Shown here: positions 38,817 to 51,074 of the stretch, in pieces
Layout of the letters: every line of letters starts with the position of its first letter
Position numbering within the stretch: the first letter of the stretch is position 1
Source: Lama glama
Taxonomy: Eukaryota
DNA: 64,000 bases
Reading direction: 5' to 3'
Assembly: GCA_028534125.1 (NCBI GenBank)
Contig: CM052816.1
Span: forward strand, 3,908,001 to 3,972,000
Notes under the pieces: generated by a model
What the model saw: only the letters and a program-made list of their open reading frames with translations
Told to the model about the DNA's origin: nothing
The model's database searches: none
Translations under genes and position numbers: made by a program

Positions 38817-40011
38817 CTCCCGAGTCAAGGACCAATAGCTCCTCCCATGAGTGATGGATGAAGCCCCACAGAAAAGAGATGCCCTTGCTATTCTCAAAGT
38901 TCCCTCTGCCTGGGAAGCACACGTAGAAATTGTCTGGCATGACAAGCACAATAATCAATACAGAAACGGAGCTCCAGGAGCATAGAGAAGGGGTTTTACT
39001 GGGCAGGGAAGATGGAGTCAAGCAGCCCAAGCAGAAGAAACAGCCTGAGAAAAGGCAAGAGGATACGTCTACACACAGGGTGTCAGAAGCAGCAAATACC
39101 CACTATCCTATTTTGGATTTTCACATCTGACTGCTAATGGCATTATGGTCAAGTTTCCTTATAAACGAGAGTTGTTTTTGTTACCAGTCCAGTTACTTAC
39201 CTCTGACGTCACAAGAAGAAAGTATTTTCAGGGCAGCAGATCACTGCCCGCTATGCCTTCCCTAATAAGTGCAATTATTTACATGGCTATGATCTCTTGA
39301 AAAGCTCTAGGGAAAAACCTCAGAATAACTCCAGAAATCACTTTGCCAGGATGCTCTTTCCATATGAACTTCAACAAGTAAACGTTCAATCTGTGTAGTG
39401 GCCCAAGATACCAACAGCGAGACCTTCCTCAAAGAAGCATCAACCCAAATCCCGAAACAATGAAACACGGTGACGCGCCTCTCATTTCCATCCTACACAG
39501 GCAGTGGCACAGAGAAATACCCACCTGAAAGTCAAGGAGACTCTCAATTAACCGTGGTCATGAAACACTGCAAAGTCTTAGATAAGCTCCAAGGATGAAT
39601 TTTGCTCCAATGCTATCAACCCTCCTCCTCACAAACCTTTCTTCATCACGACTAAAATTTGGGAAAAACGTACTGCTTTGAATTTATCCCACATCTCTCT
39701 CTGCATTTATTTACTCAAAGTGCTTAAACTGCAGGATACAGAAACACGGTTATCAAAATGGAGGGAAACCATAAATAACGGGTCGTACAGGAGGTAAATG
39801 TCTCAAAGTCGGATTAGCAGCCTCAGAAGAATTGAGATCTGAAAGAAGTCAATCCCCTCAAGTAACCTGAACAGCAATGTTTTTTTCAACAAAACACCAA
39901 ATTGCAGGTTATTTGGGCTCTTGCTACCCTCATTTTCCACACTCCCTCTTCTTGCCCCCTGCTTTCCCTTCCCCCAAGGAGAGTGAAAGCAAGCCGTGTG
40001 GTTTGACTTAC

Positions 40012-40200
40012 AATTGTGAAGTTCATGACTTTGAGAATCCAGATCGTCATGGCCAGGTTCACCAGGATTAAAATCATCAGGAGAAGGACAAAGAAGTAGA
40101 GGCATCTTTTCCGCCAGCCGTAAATCCCCACTTTGTAAACCTGTGGCCCCTCGGAGCTGGGCATGGTGCTGCGGTGGTGTGTGTACTGTTCCTGAGGCAT
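40012..40200 (-). CDS. SGCD: Delta-sarcoglycan, first major coding exon (189 nt, 63 codons; cytoplasmic N-terminus and transmembrane helix)
   Basis: Translates as [63 protein letters not shown], recognised as the delta-sarcoglycan N-terminus. Flanked by acceptor tgtttcAG (40202-40201) and donor GTAAGT (40011-40006), phase 0. Confidence 0.97.
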
Positions 40201-40236
40201 CTGAAACAGACAGGGCGAGAGAGGAGCACATTAAAC

Positions 40237-40240
<4 letters not shown>

Positions 40241-40272
<32 letters not shown>
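40241..40272. repeat. (GA)n microsatellite, read as (TC)n on the SGCD strand just upstream of the coding-exon acceptor
   Basis: About 16 GA units, 40 nt from the acceptor AG. Confidence 0.95.
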
Positions 40273-40278
<6 letters not shown>

Positions 40279-42290
40279 GAATGGGGGAAAAAATCAACTG
40301 ATGAAGAAATACAGCTGACTGCTGTCAGTATGTTTCCATCCTCCTGACAATTCTGAAAATCTATTTCCACTGGACAAAAGTGTCCCCTTAGATGCTTGAT
40401 TTGCTCTCTCGTTCTATGCAGACATCCCTCATGACGCACTGAGACAGCCACATACATCCCATGGGAGGAGAGGGGCCCTTAGGGAGACATTGCCCAAGTG
40501 ATTCTTAGAATTCCAACATTTCTCTGAGGGAGGCACTCAAAGTCCTGAGGGTCACATTTAGAATTCACCTGAGAAAATAAATTAACCTCAGCAGTTCATC
40601 ATGGTATTGTACTAACACCATTTAGGCAACTGAGGTAGGGGGTAAAATGATCTCAAATACAATCATTCTGTGAGCAAAAATCGGGGCAATTTTTGCTCTT
40701 CCATCCATTCCAGAGTTCAAAGTGGTGCTGATGGTCACAAAGACTAAGCCTCACTGGATGCAGGGATCTTCATAAAGTGACAGCCTGTGCTTAAATGCCT
40801 CCCTTGACAGAGATCTCACTATCCTTTCAAGTAGCCCTTGTAAGTTCGACAATTCTAATTGTTATCAACTCACTCGTTTAATAAACATAAAAGAGCCTCA
40901 CAGGGAAGTAAGGTGTGAACATGCCGGCCAAGAGCTTGCAGGCTAACGGGAGGGATGAACTAGTTAAACAGCGATTACAGCAGAGCGAGATAAAACAGAA
41001 AAAAAAATGGCCAATATTAAGTGATATGCCGGTCCCCTTTAAAGTAAGGAAGCTTTCCCCAACCCCTGCTGTTGGCAGGAATTAGCTTTATGCTAGCACT
41101 GCCAATTAGGTGCCGACACAGATCTAAATGAATGTGTCACTTCCATGAAATTCTCCAACCAAAACAAATTTTGCAATTAAACACAAACAAAGCCACCAAT
41201 GCGTATCAATCAAAATGGGAAACAAATGACTACTGGAAAGAATGACGCTTTGCAAAACTTAACAGGATAAAGCGGTACCGAGGGCTTCTGCACAGCATCC
41301 CTAACTCTGCCGTGAACCATGAGACAGCATGGCCCCGACTGCTTTTCTCCACTCGAGTTACTGCCCAGCTTTTATTTTGGGACTTTTACTTCAGTTGGCC
41401 CTCATGTGGGCGTACTGCATTCTTTAGGAATAAGGCCTGTCTCTGTTTATTTTCATCTTTCAGTCAACAGCAGTTACATCAGTGATAATGCTGCACCAAA
41501 GGGACCACAGTGACAGACAAAAATGTAGCTCCTAAAATCATACCCGTGGTTATTAGGTCATCTTCCAGATGGTCCAGAATATAATTATCTCATGGTTTTT
41601 AGATAATCATTAAAATATACATGTAAGATCTAAGCATTCCCCAGAGAACTCATGGCCTTTAGGCATCAGTGGAATTCCTTTTGAAAAACCATGTGAGTTC
41701 TTACTTAAGGTCAACTGAAATGCTCGATTAAAACGTATCTAAAAGCTACCTTATTCTCAACACTATCTTAGCACCAAAATCAGACCTTAAGATGAGTATG
41801 GGTTTTAACATGTGAGCGTGGAATGATTAAGCGAAAAAGTGACTGCGCGAATGATGAACGAATGATTTCCCGTCTACGATGAAATCTACTACCATCTGGG
41901 GGTTTAGAAAAGTCCAAGCCAAACCCCAGGGGGAAGTTCTTGTTTGTATCCTTGCAAATTTCCACAGCAGGCTCAGAGCATCAGGTTCCCAACCAAGCAG
42001 TGGGCTCCACACTATGAACGGGTCTCAGTCGTCTGACGCAGCTCCTTCCAACTCTGTGGATCAGGGCTGTGTTGTTACAACACGGGAACACACAATGTCA
42101 TCTCTCACTGGCTTCTCATACAGCAAGATCAATGAGAAGAGGACAAAAAGAGTCTCACAAGTCTGAAGGAGAGTAGGCCTTTATTTTCCATGAAATCATA
42201 TTCTGTAAATCAAAGAAACCATTACAAAGTCTTAGAATCCTATTTGCAAGGTCCTCTGATTCTAATCAACTAATTTTATGAGTCTGCTGA

Positions 42291-42800
42291 TTTAACATAA
42301 TCTGAGTCCATACTGGATCTGTTCCTTTGTCTTTAAGCCTGTGCTCTGTTTCCTGGGCTTAGTCGTGCTAGTTCTGCACCTTTCGTAAAAGAATGTTGCT
42401 TATAAACTGAACTCTACAGGACAGCCCGTTCTCAAGGCTCTGACCTTTAAGAGTATAACACTTGCCTGCTGATATAAACACAAAAAAAAGTTGCAGAAGA
42501 GAAAACAACATTTGTCTTGTTGGAGGTTTGCAGGGACACCATGACCTGACCTATGTGGACAGCTGCAAGACAAAGGATTCTGACACCAAGAAGTTTGCAA
42601 CAAGCAACCACACCCCATCCCCTTATTAGTATAAAAGGAGCCTGAATTCTGACTTGGGGAAGATGGTTCTCCAGGACATTAGTCGGCCACCTTCTTGGTC
42701 TGCCGGCTTTCTGAATAAAGTCATTATTCTTTGCCCCAACCCCTCATCTCCTGATTTACTGGCCTGTTGTGTGGTGAGCAGGAGTTTGGACTCAGTAACA
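42291..42800 (+). mobile_element. ERV1 solo LTR (MER41-like), copy 3, inserted within a MIR
   Basis: Homologous to the copies at 5553 and 11173; has TATAAAA and AATAAA and ends ctcagtaaca. MIR-like sequence resumes at about 42801-42885. Confidence 0.85.
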
Positions 42801-43129
42801 TTAAGACCAGAGAAGGTGACCTACTTGGGCATGACAGCGGGGCTTGTGGCAGAGCAAGGGCAAGACTGGTGGTCTCTGACCCCTGTGGTGTGAGAAACAG
42901 CGAGAAATTCTTGACACACAAGTGTTCAGAAGCTAGAGTTGCTGCCACCACCCCAGGTGCATTTTCTCTGACATCTGCCCCAACCAAGGGGGGGCCTGAC
43001 ATAACTCAGCTATAAAATGGAAATGACACGTTCAATAAATATTTATGAAGCTGTGGATATGAATATCACACATGATTTTTTTTCCCCACACACAGATTGT
43101 TAGAACTTGACCGAACACAGTGATTATCT

Positions 43130-43312
43130 CCACAAGGGGTTCACCATTCTGATGCACAACAGAGCTACCTGGAGAGCTTTTAAAAGCATCTATACTCAGA
43201 GCAACTAAATCATCATCTCAAGGTAGGACCCAGGCATCAGAATTTTTAAAAGCTTCCCCAGGTAATCCTAAAGCATAGATCTAAATCCTAAGGCGTTGCA
43301 AACCACTGATCT
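43130..43312. mobile_element. MER5A-like hAT MITE
   Basis: acctggagagcttttaaaa...ggacccaggcatcagaatttttaaaagcttccccaggtaatcctaa...aaccactg. Confidence 0.7.
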
Positions 43313-43366
43313 AGAACAATGTCTCTCAACACTGACTATGCAGCAGAATCCAAAAGAAAAATTCTT

Positions 43367-43496
43367 TGGGGCAGCACATAGCTCAGTGGTAGAGTGCGTG
43401 CTTAGCATGCACAGCATGCAGGAGGCCCTGGGTTCAATCCCAGTACCTCCTCTAAAAATAAATAAGCCTAATTACCACCCTCCCCCCAAAAAAACA
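43367..43496 (+). mobile_element. tRNA-Ala-derived SINE (Vic-1-like)
   Basis: atagctcagtggtagagtgcgtgcttagcatgc...gggttcaatcccagtacctcc; TSD caaaagaaaaatt(c/a)tt at 43351-43366 and 43497-43512. Confidence 0.9.
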
Positions 43497-43519
43497 CAAA
43501 AGAAAAATTATTTTCCTTA

Positions 43520-43635
43520 AATTTGGGGGGGGGGGGAATTAGGTTTGTTTATTTTAATGAAGGTACTGGGGATTGAACCCAGGATCTCACACATGTTAGG
43601 CATGCACTCTACCACTGAGCTATACCCTCTCCCCA
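43520..43635 (-). mobile_element. tRNA-Ala-derived SINE (Vic-1-like), inverted relative to its neighbour
   Basis: aggtactggggattgaacccagg...catgcactctaccactgagctataccctctcccc. Confidence 0.9.
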
Positions 43636-44713
43636 CCCAAAAAGAACTCTTAACAAATATAAAATACAATTCTGAGCTCTCCAATGGAACTGGAATCATC
43701 ACAAAGCTCCCCAGGTCACTCCAAGCATTTGGGACAACTTACCTAAAAAGAATGGCCTTCATGTTTCTCCCCCATAATACAATCGTTTTGAGATAAAAAT
43801 CTTGAAATGAATTCCAGCATATATAAAACAGCAAAAAAGCAGAGCTCCTCTGCTTAAAGAGGGCTTGGCCACCCTTGAGGCACCTCTGCAGAACCTCTGG
43901 ACTCCTGGAAACCACTGACTTTGCCTCCCCCAGCCCACATTTACTGATCAGCCGAGGAGCCGAAAGCCAGGAAGGGGAAGTAGGGACCCTCCAAGTCACA
44001 CAGGGAATCGGAACCTGAGCAGGGATCAGAATGCAGGTCCTCTGATACACGGTGTCGTGGCCTATTCTGTATGTCATGAAGGCTCTTGTAATCCCCCTGT
44101 CCCCTCTGCCTACTTTAGAAGTCACATAAAACAAAACATTCCAGTCTGCAATTCAAGGAAGGAGGGAAGGAAGGAAGGGGGAAGGGAGTGAGCTATTTTA
44201 TACAAATGATTATACTAAAAAGTGTTGCCAGATCAACAATAACGTAATGGGGACATCTGTTATCAATAATTCTGCTTGGAAAAAGAAAATGTAGATATTC
44301 TAGATACATGAATTATTCTAACCAGAAACTGAAACATGCTGAAATAATAACAACAATAAGAGGAAAGACAATCTGCAACCTGTGTTTCTTTTTGGCCCTT
44401 CCCAGGTGAAGTTTGCTGTACAGGGTAAAACTGAACTTTCCTGGTCCTGGACGTGGCCCTGGTAGTACGTTAACAGCGTCATACATTTTTGTAAAATCAA
44501 CTCAAGTAAGATGTTTTAATTGCAATTAGCTAAGACCCTGTGTTTTTCAACCTCCCTTTAGGCTGGGTAGCTCTGGAGGATTTACAAACATTTTGGAGGT
44601 CCAACCAAGAGGAAGCTGAATTGGGGTTCACATAGTTTGGGTACAATGGTATATGTTTATACGGCTTGCAGACACTTCCCTGTAGAGTTACATTATCACC
44701 AGCTCTCCTGGTG

Positions 44714-45452
44714 CAGGGCTGTCTTCCAGGAAGTCGTTCACCCTAGGCACCAACTCATCAAGCATGATGTCATGAAGGTACAGGACCCAAGGACACAATG
44801 CAATGTTTACATGTCCTATGATGGCCAGCACCAGACATACATGATTACTGGGGCAGTTTGAAATTTTTTTAAGTTACCAGTTACATAAGATTCCAAGTGT
44901 AGAATTCAATTCTCGCTGATAATGAGTCAAAACAGAGATTCTCTCCAGTCAGGAATACACTCAATGCAGCATATAAAATAAATGTTCCACAGTTTTTCTT
45001 TTACTGGGGGAATCATGGAAAATAGGATTAATTAGAATTCTTGTGTTCTCAGGTCATGTGCACCGTGTGTCTACAATCTGCACGTAAAGTTGCATGCTTT
45101 TTTTGCTTCACGACCATCAGTAATTTTTAAAAAACTAAGTATTATTGAAATTGTCATAGGAGACAATTATCCTTCTATTGTTTATACAGAAAATGACATT
45201 GTCAAGTAGTTGTCATATGAAGAGGCCATCAAAGGATATACAAACAAAACTGTAGGAAAAATATGTCAGTTAATGATTAACATTATATTTCTGGATTTTA
45301 TGGTATGCCAGCTTTTAAAACTTTCTCATTCTTAATACATAGTTGTGTCTTTAATTTGAGTATATATTTCTTATTTTTTAGTTTTTTTTCCCTTAAAACA
45401 GCCCCACAAATTATTTAAGCTTCAGACCTCACAAAACCTAGAGACTCCTCTG
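44714..45452. mobile_element. hAT-Tip100 DNA transposon (Zaphod/MER115-like)
   Basis: gaaaatgacatt...gttgtcatatgaagaggccatcaaag...aagcttcagacctcacaaaaccta; left boundary uncertain. Confidence 0.6.
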
Positions 45453-45549
45453 GTCCCTCCCCTAAGGGATGTTAAGTGTACACCCAAACCTCAGTGGAAC
45501 ATCACCCCAAGACATCACGGCTTAGCTGAGTTCAATGCAAGGTCCAATC

Positions 45550-45740
45550 AGTTACATTGCACTGGGAATGACTTTCAGACTTTTGAAGGTACAAGAACCA
45601 TCCTGGGAAATAATAGATACACATTCCGAGTCTTCACACCAAGGAATAATTCTGTAAGTCTGGGGTACATCCCAGAAATCTGTATTTTTGACAAGCCCCC
45701 AAATTGATTCTGAACATAAAAGGTCTTGAGACCATGTTTC
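45550..45740. mobile_element. MER5-like hAT MITE
   Basis: taagtctgggg...cccagaaatctgtatttttgacaagcccccaaattgattctga...cttgagacca. Confidence 0.6.
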
Positions 45741-46599
45741 AGGAACACAAATTTACGTCCAATACAGCAAAGCACCCCCAGCCCACCTTCGCCTCTATGT
45801 CTGTTATTTCTCCCCAGATTACTCATTTCCCCCATGTCCTAAATATACACCTGATCATCTCTCACAGTTCACTGCATCCCTACCCTGGACCTTTTGTTTC
45901 CATCATCCTCTTCCAGCACTATCCTGACTACTATGCTCTTTGCAGCCTTTGGTGTCTCGGTTTTTAAATGTGCTCAAGTCTTTTTGGCATTAAACAAAAT
46001 CTTAGCTTACATTTATAATCCCCTCTGTATGCTGCCTAATTTTACTCTCACTGATGATCAAGGTTCCTGGTCATCAATGTCCAAGGTCCTTGGCAAACGT
46101 TAGGAATCTCATATTCTCATCTGCCTGCTGAAATGGCCCATTCAAAAAACCACTAGCGACGTCCCTGATCAAACTTCAGTGCACTTTTCTCAAGGCCCAT
46201 TTTCCTTGGATCTTCTGAAGCTTTGGGTGTTGCCAGCTTCTCCCCATCCCCTGGACAGTTTGTCCCCCTTTGGCCTCCGTGCCACGGCATGCCCAGGGCT
46301 TCTTTCCTGGGCATGCCTTTGATCACTGTCTTGTCTTTCCAAACTCTCCTCTCGGTGTCTTCCAAGTTCACGTTATGAGTTAGTGTTCTCTCTCTTCCAT
46401 CGCAGAGACAGTATCTAGTGTCACACTTTCATTTTGAACTTTGACGAGAATTAAACTCAACTTACCACTTTCACTCCAGTTTCCATCTCAAATGGGATCT
46501 ATCTAAATGTCTTTCATGCACCTACTCCCTGATCAAATAATTACTGATCTTCAGTCAAATTCCATACATGGCGTGAAGAGTCTCAAGATACCACAAGCA

Positions 46600-47090
46600 A
46601 GGAGAATTACCCCTTGCCTTTATGAAGCTCACAGCCTGGGTGGTGGGGGACGATGGAGAGTAAATGCGGAACATGACAAAATGGACTATGTGAGATGCCC
46701 ACACTGAAACAGACCTGGTGATGTTAAAGGAAGCATTGCCAGGCAGAACGGATTTTATGTAGACTCATCAACAGACAAGTCTCTGACAACGCAACATTTA
46801 CACTGAGACTTGAAGGACAAGAAAAAGACAGCGAAGTTGAGGGCTGGGGCAAAACTGTGTCTCAGGCAGAGGAAGGACAGCAAAGGGAAGGTCCTCAACA
46901 CAGATAAGGTCTGTGTTACTGGCTGAGATGAGGGAAGCAGAGATGGGCATGAGGTGGGGCTGAAAAGTAGCTTGGAGTCAGATGGTGCTGGGCCTTGGAG
47001 ATCATAAAAAGAAGTTCATGGTACTTAAAAGTCAGTGAAAACCCATGGCAGAATTTGAAACAAGGTAGTCATAATCTGATTTATAATACT
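46600..47090 (-). mobile_element. L2 fragment
   Basis: acatttacactgagacttgaagga...caggcagagg..cagcaaa...tttgaaacaagg...ataatctgattta. Confidence 0.6.
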
Positions 47091-47974
47091 ATAGCAGTGC
47101 CTTGACCACAATAGGTGCAGAATAAATATTTGGTGTTGGATGTGATTAACAATCTTATTTTCCCTTCCCTCTACCAATTATGCATAAAAATACTCCCACA
47201 AATAGAATAATTTAGCAAAAATGAATCTCAACCAGCAAACTATATCCCTAAGAGGCAGCCTTGTGTCTATAAGGGTGTACCAGGCAGCTGAATTTGAAAA
47301 AAATATCTTTCTATCCAAATACACCTTCTCCTTGAGAATCACTAGATAGTAGTATCTTCCATCAGTCTTTGGGGACTTCTTTACATTGTCATACAACATA
47401 TTTTACAGTGATATATGTCATCTCTCTGAACAGATGCCAAAGTCTTCTAAGTATTTGAAACATCTTTGAATTCTAGTATCACCTAAACGATGAGGGCATG
47501 TGCATGCATCTATGTAATTACATGTAATTATATATCTGTATGTATAATTATATATATACAATAGGATACACTGGTTCAATAAATGAATAAAAATCAAACC
47601 AATGCTAAATAACAAAGCATATTCTCCGGTAATAAGTAAAGAGCTGTAAACACAGAAGCAAAGGCGTGGAAGAGTACAGAAGCTGCCTCCCTGCCCAAAG
47701 GCACACACAACTATACTGATGTTAAGTAGGCTTGACTCCAAAGCATTTCTCTGCTCCTTTCTGAAGCGATTTTCAGTGTTCACCTATTTACAGACAAACC
47801 CAAGTGACTTAAAGATGATCTGTTTTTTCACACAAAACACAATAGGATTATATTTCCCAGGGAACAAATGTAGTGAAACTTTCTGCTGCTTTGTCATTAG
47901 ATAGGGAGGAACTACCGATGGTCAAGGCAATGCCATAATGTAAAAATCACCCATAATCATGGCTAATTCAGTAG

Positions 47975-48436
47975 TTGCCAAATATAATAGATCTAGAGTT
48001 TACAAAGAAGGACATTCTGGCTGGGCCTTTTGGAAGCATGGTTTTGGCTGTAACCTCGTGGTCTCACACATTCAGATGTTCACACCTGAGATCACGTAGT
48101 GAAGGGCCAAACCCACAAAGGGACCAGAAAGACCTCCCAGGCAGGGCCACTGCCTTCCCGCTTTTGCACTTCTGTAAAACGGCTTGCTTCTAGGAAAATG
48201 AAACTTACCATTGGTTCCCAAAAGCTCACTCATGATTGGTCAATTTCTAACACCTCATTTGCATATGGCACGAACTTAATCAAAAACTATAACCGTATAA
48301 AAGCCTGTGTAAACCTACAGACGGAGTCCAGAGCTTGGACTGTTAACTCCTCTGGGCCTTTTGGCGTAATAAACCTGAGTCCTCCAACCCTCCGAGTGTC
48401 TCTTGGTCTCTCGATGGGATTCAGGTTGCTGTAACA
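47975..48436 (+). mobile_element. Solo ERV LTR of a second family
   Basis: Two ATTGG boxes, octamer ATTTGCAT (48257-48264), TATAAAA (about 48296), AATAAA (about 48368) and a tgtaaca end; gtag on both flanks may be a 4-bp TSD. Confidence 0.7.
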
Positions 48437-49589
48437 GTAGCATTACAGAATCAAGGCCTTGATTCTATTTTAACGTGACAATCTCGAGGACAAGGTCCAT
48501 CTTTATGACTTGGACTTGTCAAGAACTTCCTCTTAGGTTGTGTGGCCCTGAGTCACTTTCTCCAGTGCACACACCACCAAGACCTCAGAGTCTGCTCCCC
48601 ATGAAAGTTTTACCAATGGCCTCACAAGTGCCCAACATCAGTCATGGAAGCTGTAAGATCTGCACAAATCCTATGCCCACTGTAAAGTCTTCACAAAGAT
48701 CCTTGAGCCAAGCCCAGCAAAAAGTGGTACCTGGGCCCTGTAGCTGTGGCTCCTCTAATTAAGGAAGTCAGAGTATATGTCCAGCCTAAAGCTCAACTAC
48801 ACTGAGTTTCAAAGTGTTGAATCTCACTACTTGACAAGCCTTGGACATTTTTCCACAGAAACTGGCCATCATACTCAAGGGGTCACACTCACGTTCATTT
48901 CCTTTCCTCAATCTGTTAGGTACCAAAGAGTTACTAGAAAATCTTGTGTTTCCCTCCTTCCTACTTTTTACCAGTTGACATAGGATGATGGAAGGTCTTG
49001 GGGCAGAAACACACATAGCTGGCCTGCATCCCAAGGCTGAACACATATTCTAGAACAGCACTGTCCAAAGCCATCACTTTCTGTCTGCAGTCAGTGTTTT
49101 TGTTTCGGTTGGGTTCTCCTCCAGAAGGACAAATGTTTCATTTCTACTCCCAAAGTAAAAGAGTTATTGAGACAACAGTTACAGTATTTTCATTATCAGT
49201 CTGCGGCGCAAGAATGCATTATGTTTTGAGGGATGATTAAAACACAAATCAGTCAACTTTCTCAAGACACATCGATGCTATCTAGTCTCCTGATGATTTT
49301 TCTTTGGGGCCTATAAAATTTTATGGGCTGTGATCCACTTTACTAGGAGGGTAGAGCCGAGGACAAGGAGGCACTGGCAGGCACTCTGTCAATGTTTGCT
49401 AGACTCTTTCCAACCATCAGGCATCACAGTATCTTGTTTCATGGGGGGATTTATGGGAGTGCTAATGAGTGCAATTATCCACAGAGTTAAATACCGTTGG
49501 GGAAAGAAACATGGACAAGCACAGACCTGGTGAAGAAGAAAATCTCCACCCCAAACTATTTTTTCAACAGAAAAAAAGCAAAAACAGAA

Positions 49590-50030
49590 AAACAACTTTT
49601 GACCATCTACATGTGGCAGGTAGCACAGCAGGTCCTAGAGATATACAGGTCTTCAAAAGCATGAGTAGGGAATTTCATCAAGCTGATATTTTAATGGAAG
49701 AGATGGACAATAAACAAGTAAATGGATGAAATCATGAGAACTAAAGTTAGGTGGGAGGAAGAAAACAAAGAGGGTTCCACAATAGACAGCAGAGGGTGAC
49801 GCACACAGGTCATGGAAGACCATTCTGAACAAGCGACAACTAGGTGAGACCTTGAGGCGGAACAAGTTTCCCATCAGAGACATAGCAAGCATGTGGGCCT
49901 TAACAGCATACTCCAGTTAAGCAGGATGGGCCAGCAGAGTGAGCACTGAATGAGCTCAGAGGAAAAGGGGAAGTGAAGGGTCTGGAGAGAGAGGCTGTGG
50001 ACTAACTATATTCCACCTTACAAGTGACAG
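49590..50030 (-). mobile_element. L2 fragment
   Basis: accatctacatgtggcagg...atggacaataaacaagtaaat...ggaagaccattctga. Confidence 0.5.
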
Positions 50031-50639
50031 CAAGAGTAAAGGATCAATATGGCTAGATTAATAATGAAATTAACTTATTCAGAGATAAGACAAGTGATAC
50101 ACATCAAATGAGCTGGTGTTTGTTGACGATGCCACGGCTGCATGTTACAATTTCCAGAACATTTATAAGTCAACATGAACTACATCACTGTTTACAACTG
50201 TGACCAGTTTATATAAATAACAGGGAAAACGTTCTTACACAGGTTCATTACAGTTTCTAGAGTTTGTTGTGAATCGGAGTCATTTTGGACTCTCTTGGCA
50301 TGTAAATGGTTTTCCATTAGCCATGTTAATTGTGAGGTCTCAGATTTAAAGCCATCTGCTTTCCAGGATTGTTTTCATTCAGCCACCCATACAAGGCATT
50401 AGTCTTGGACTGCTAATGTTTGGCACAATTTTGACAATCATAACAGACTCCTCACTTTTAGCTTTGACATCATGATCAACAGTTATTTTCCCTTGTAAAA
50501 TGCATCCAGGGAAGTAAATGCTGATGTATGTGAAATGGGCCAGGAATGCCATGTTCTACTTAAACAAATATTTGGATAAATTTAAAATTAGATATTACAT
50601 CTTTTAGTCTTCTAAGAATTGGAATATATAAGTTCTGAA

Positions 50640-51070
50640 CAATCCTTACTGAAAAAATTAGACAACTGCATGTTTTTAAAAGAGCCATAGAACATACAGT
50701 TAAGGAAGTCTCTTTTTCATTCACAAGCCCAGCCTTTCCATAGAGGCAATTATTCCAGCTTTTTTCTTATCCTTATAGAAATAGTCAATATATTTACAGG
50801 CTTAACTGGATACATACATTCAAGTCATACATACACGCGTATTTAAGTTTTTCTTTCTTACACAAAGAAGGGCATATTTTCCACTCTTAACTGTTGCCAA
50901 TCTAAGTTGGTCCACTTAGCATAGCTTAGTGACAGTCCCACGAAAACATATAGAATTCTGTCTTTTTAAGCTAGTCTTAAATTATATGTATATATGACAT
51001 TTAACTTAACCAACTCCTTCATAGTGAACATTGAGGCCGTTTCCGATAATTTTCTGATACCAATGCTTAT
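50640..51070 (-). mobile_element. Old L1ME-like fragment
   Basis: tttttcttatccttatagaaata...ttacacaaa...atttaacttaaccaactcc...gaacattgagg..gtttcc. Confidence 0.55.
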
Positions 51071-51074
51071 TTAA

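Noticed and set aside
38254..39030. 258-aa and 214-aa ORFs
   Set aside because: Artefacts of reading through the N gap.
39886..40011. Extension of the SGCD ORF to 104 aa
   Set aside because: Read-through past the consensus GTAAGT donor into intron.
43367..43450. tRNA-Ala(AGC)-like sequences (also about 15260-15335, 32850-32925 and 43560-43635)
   Set aside because: They are SINE heads with family-specific tails and TSDs, and have degenerate acceptor stems, so they are not tRNA genes.
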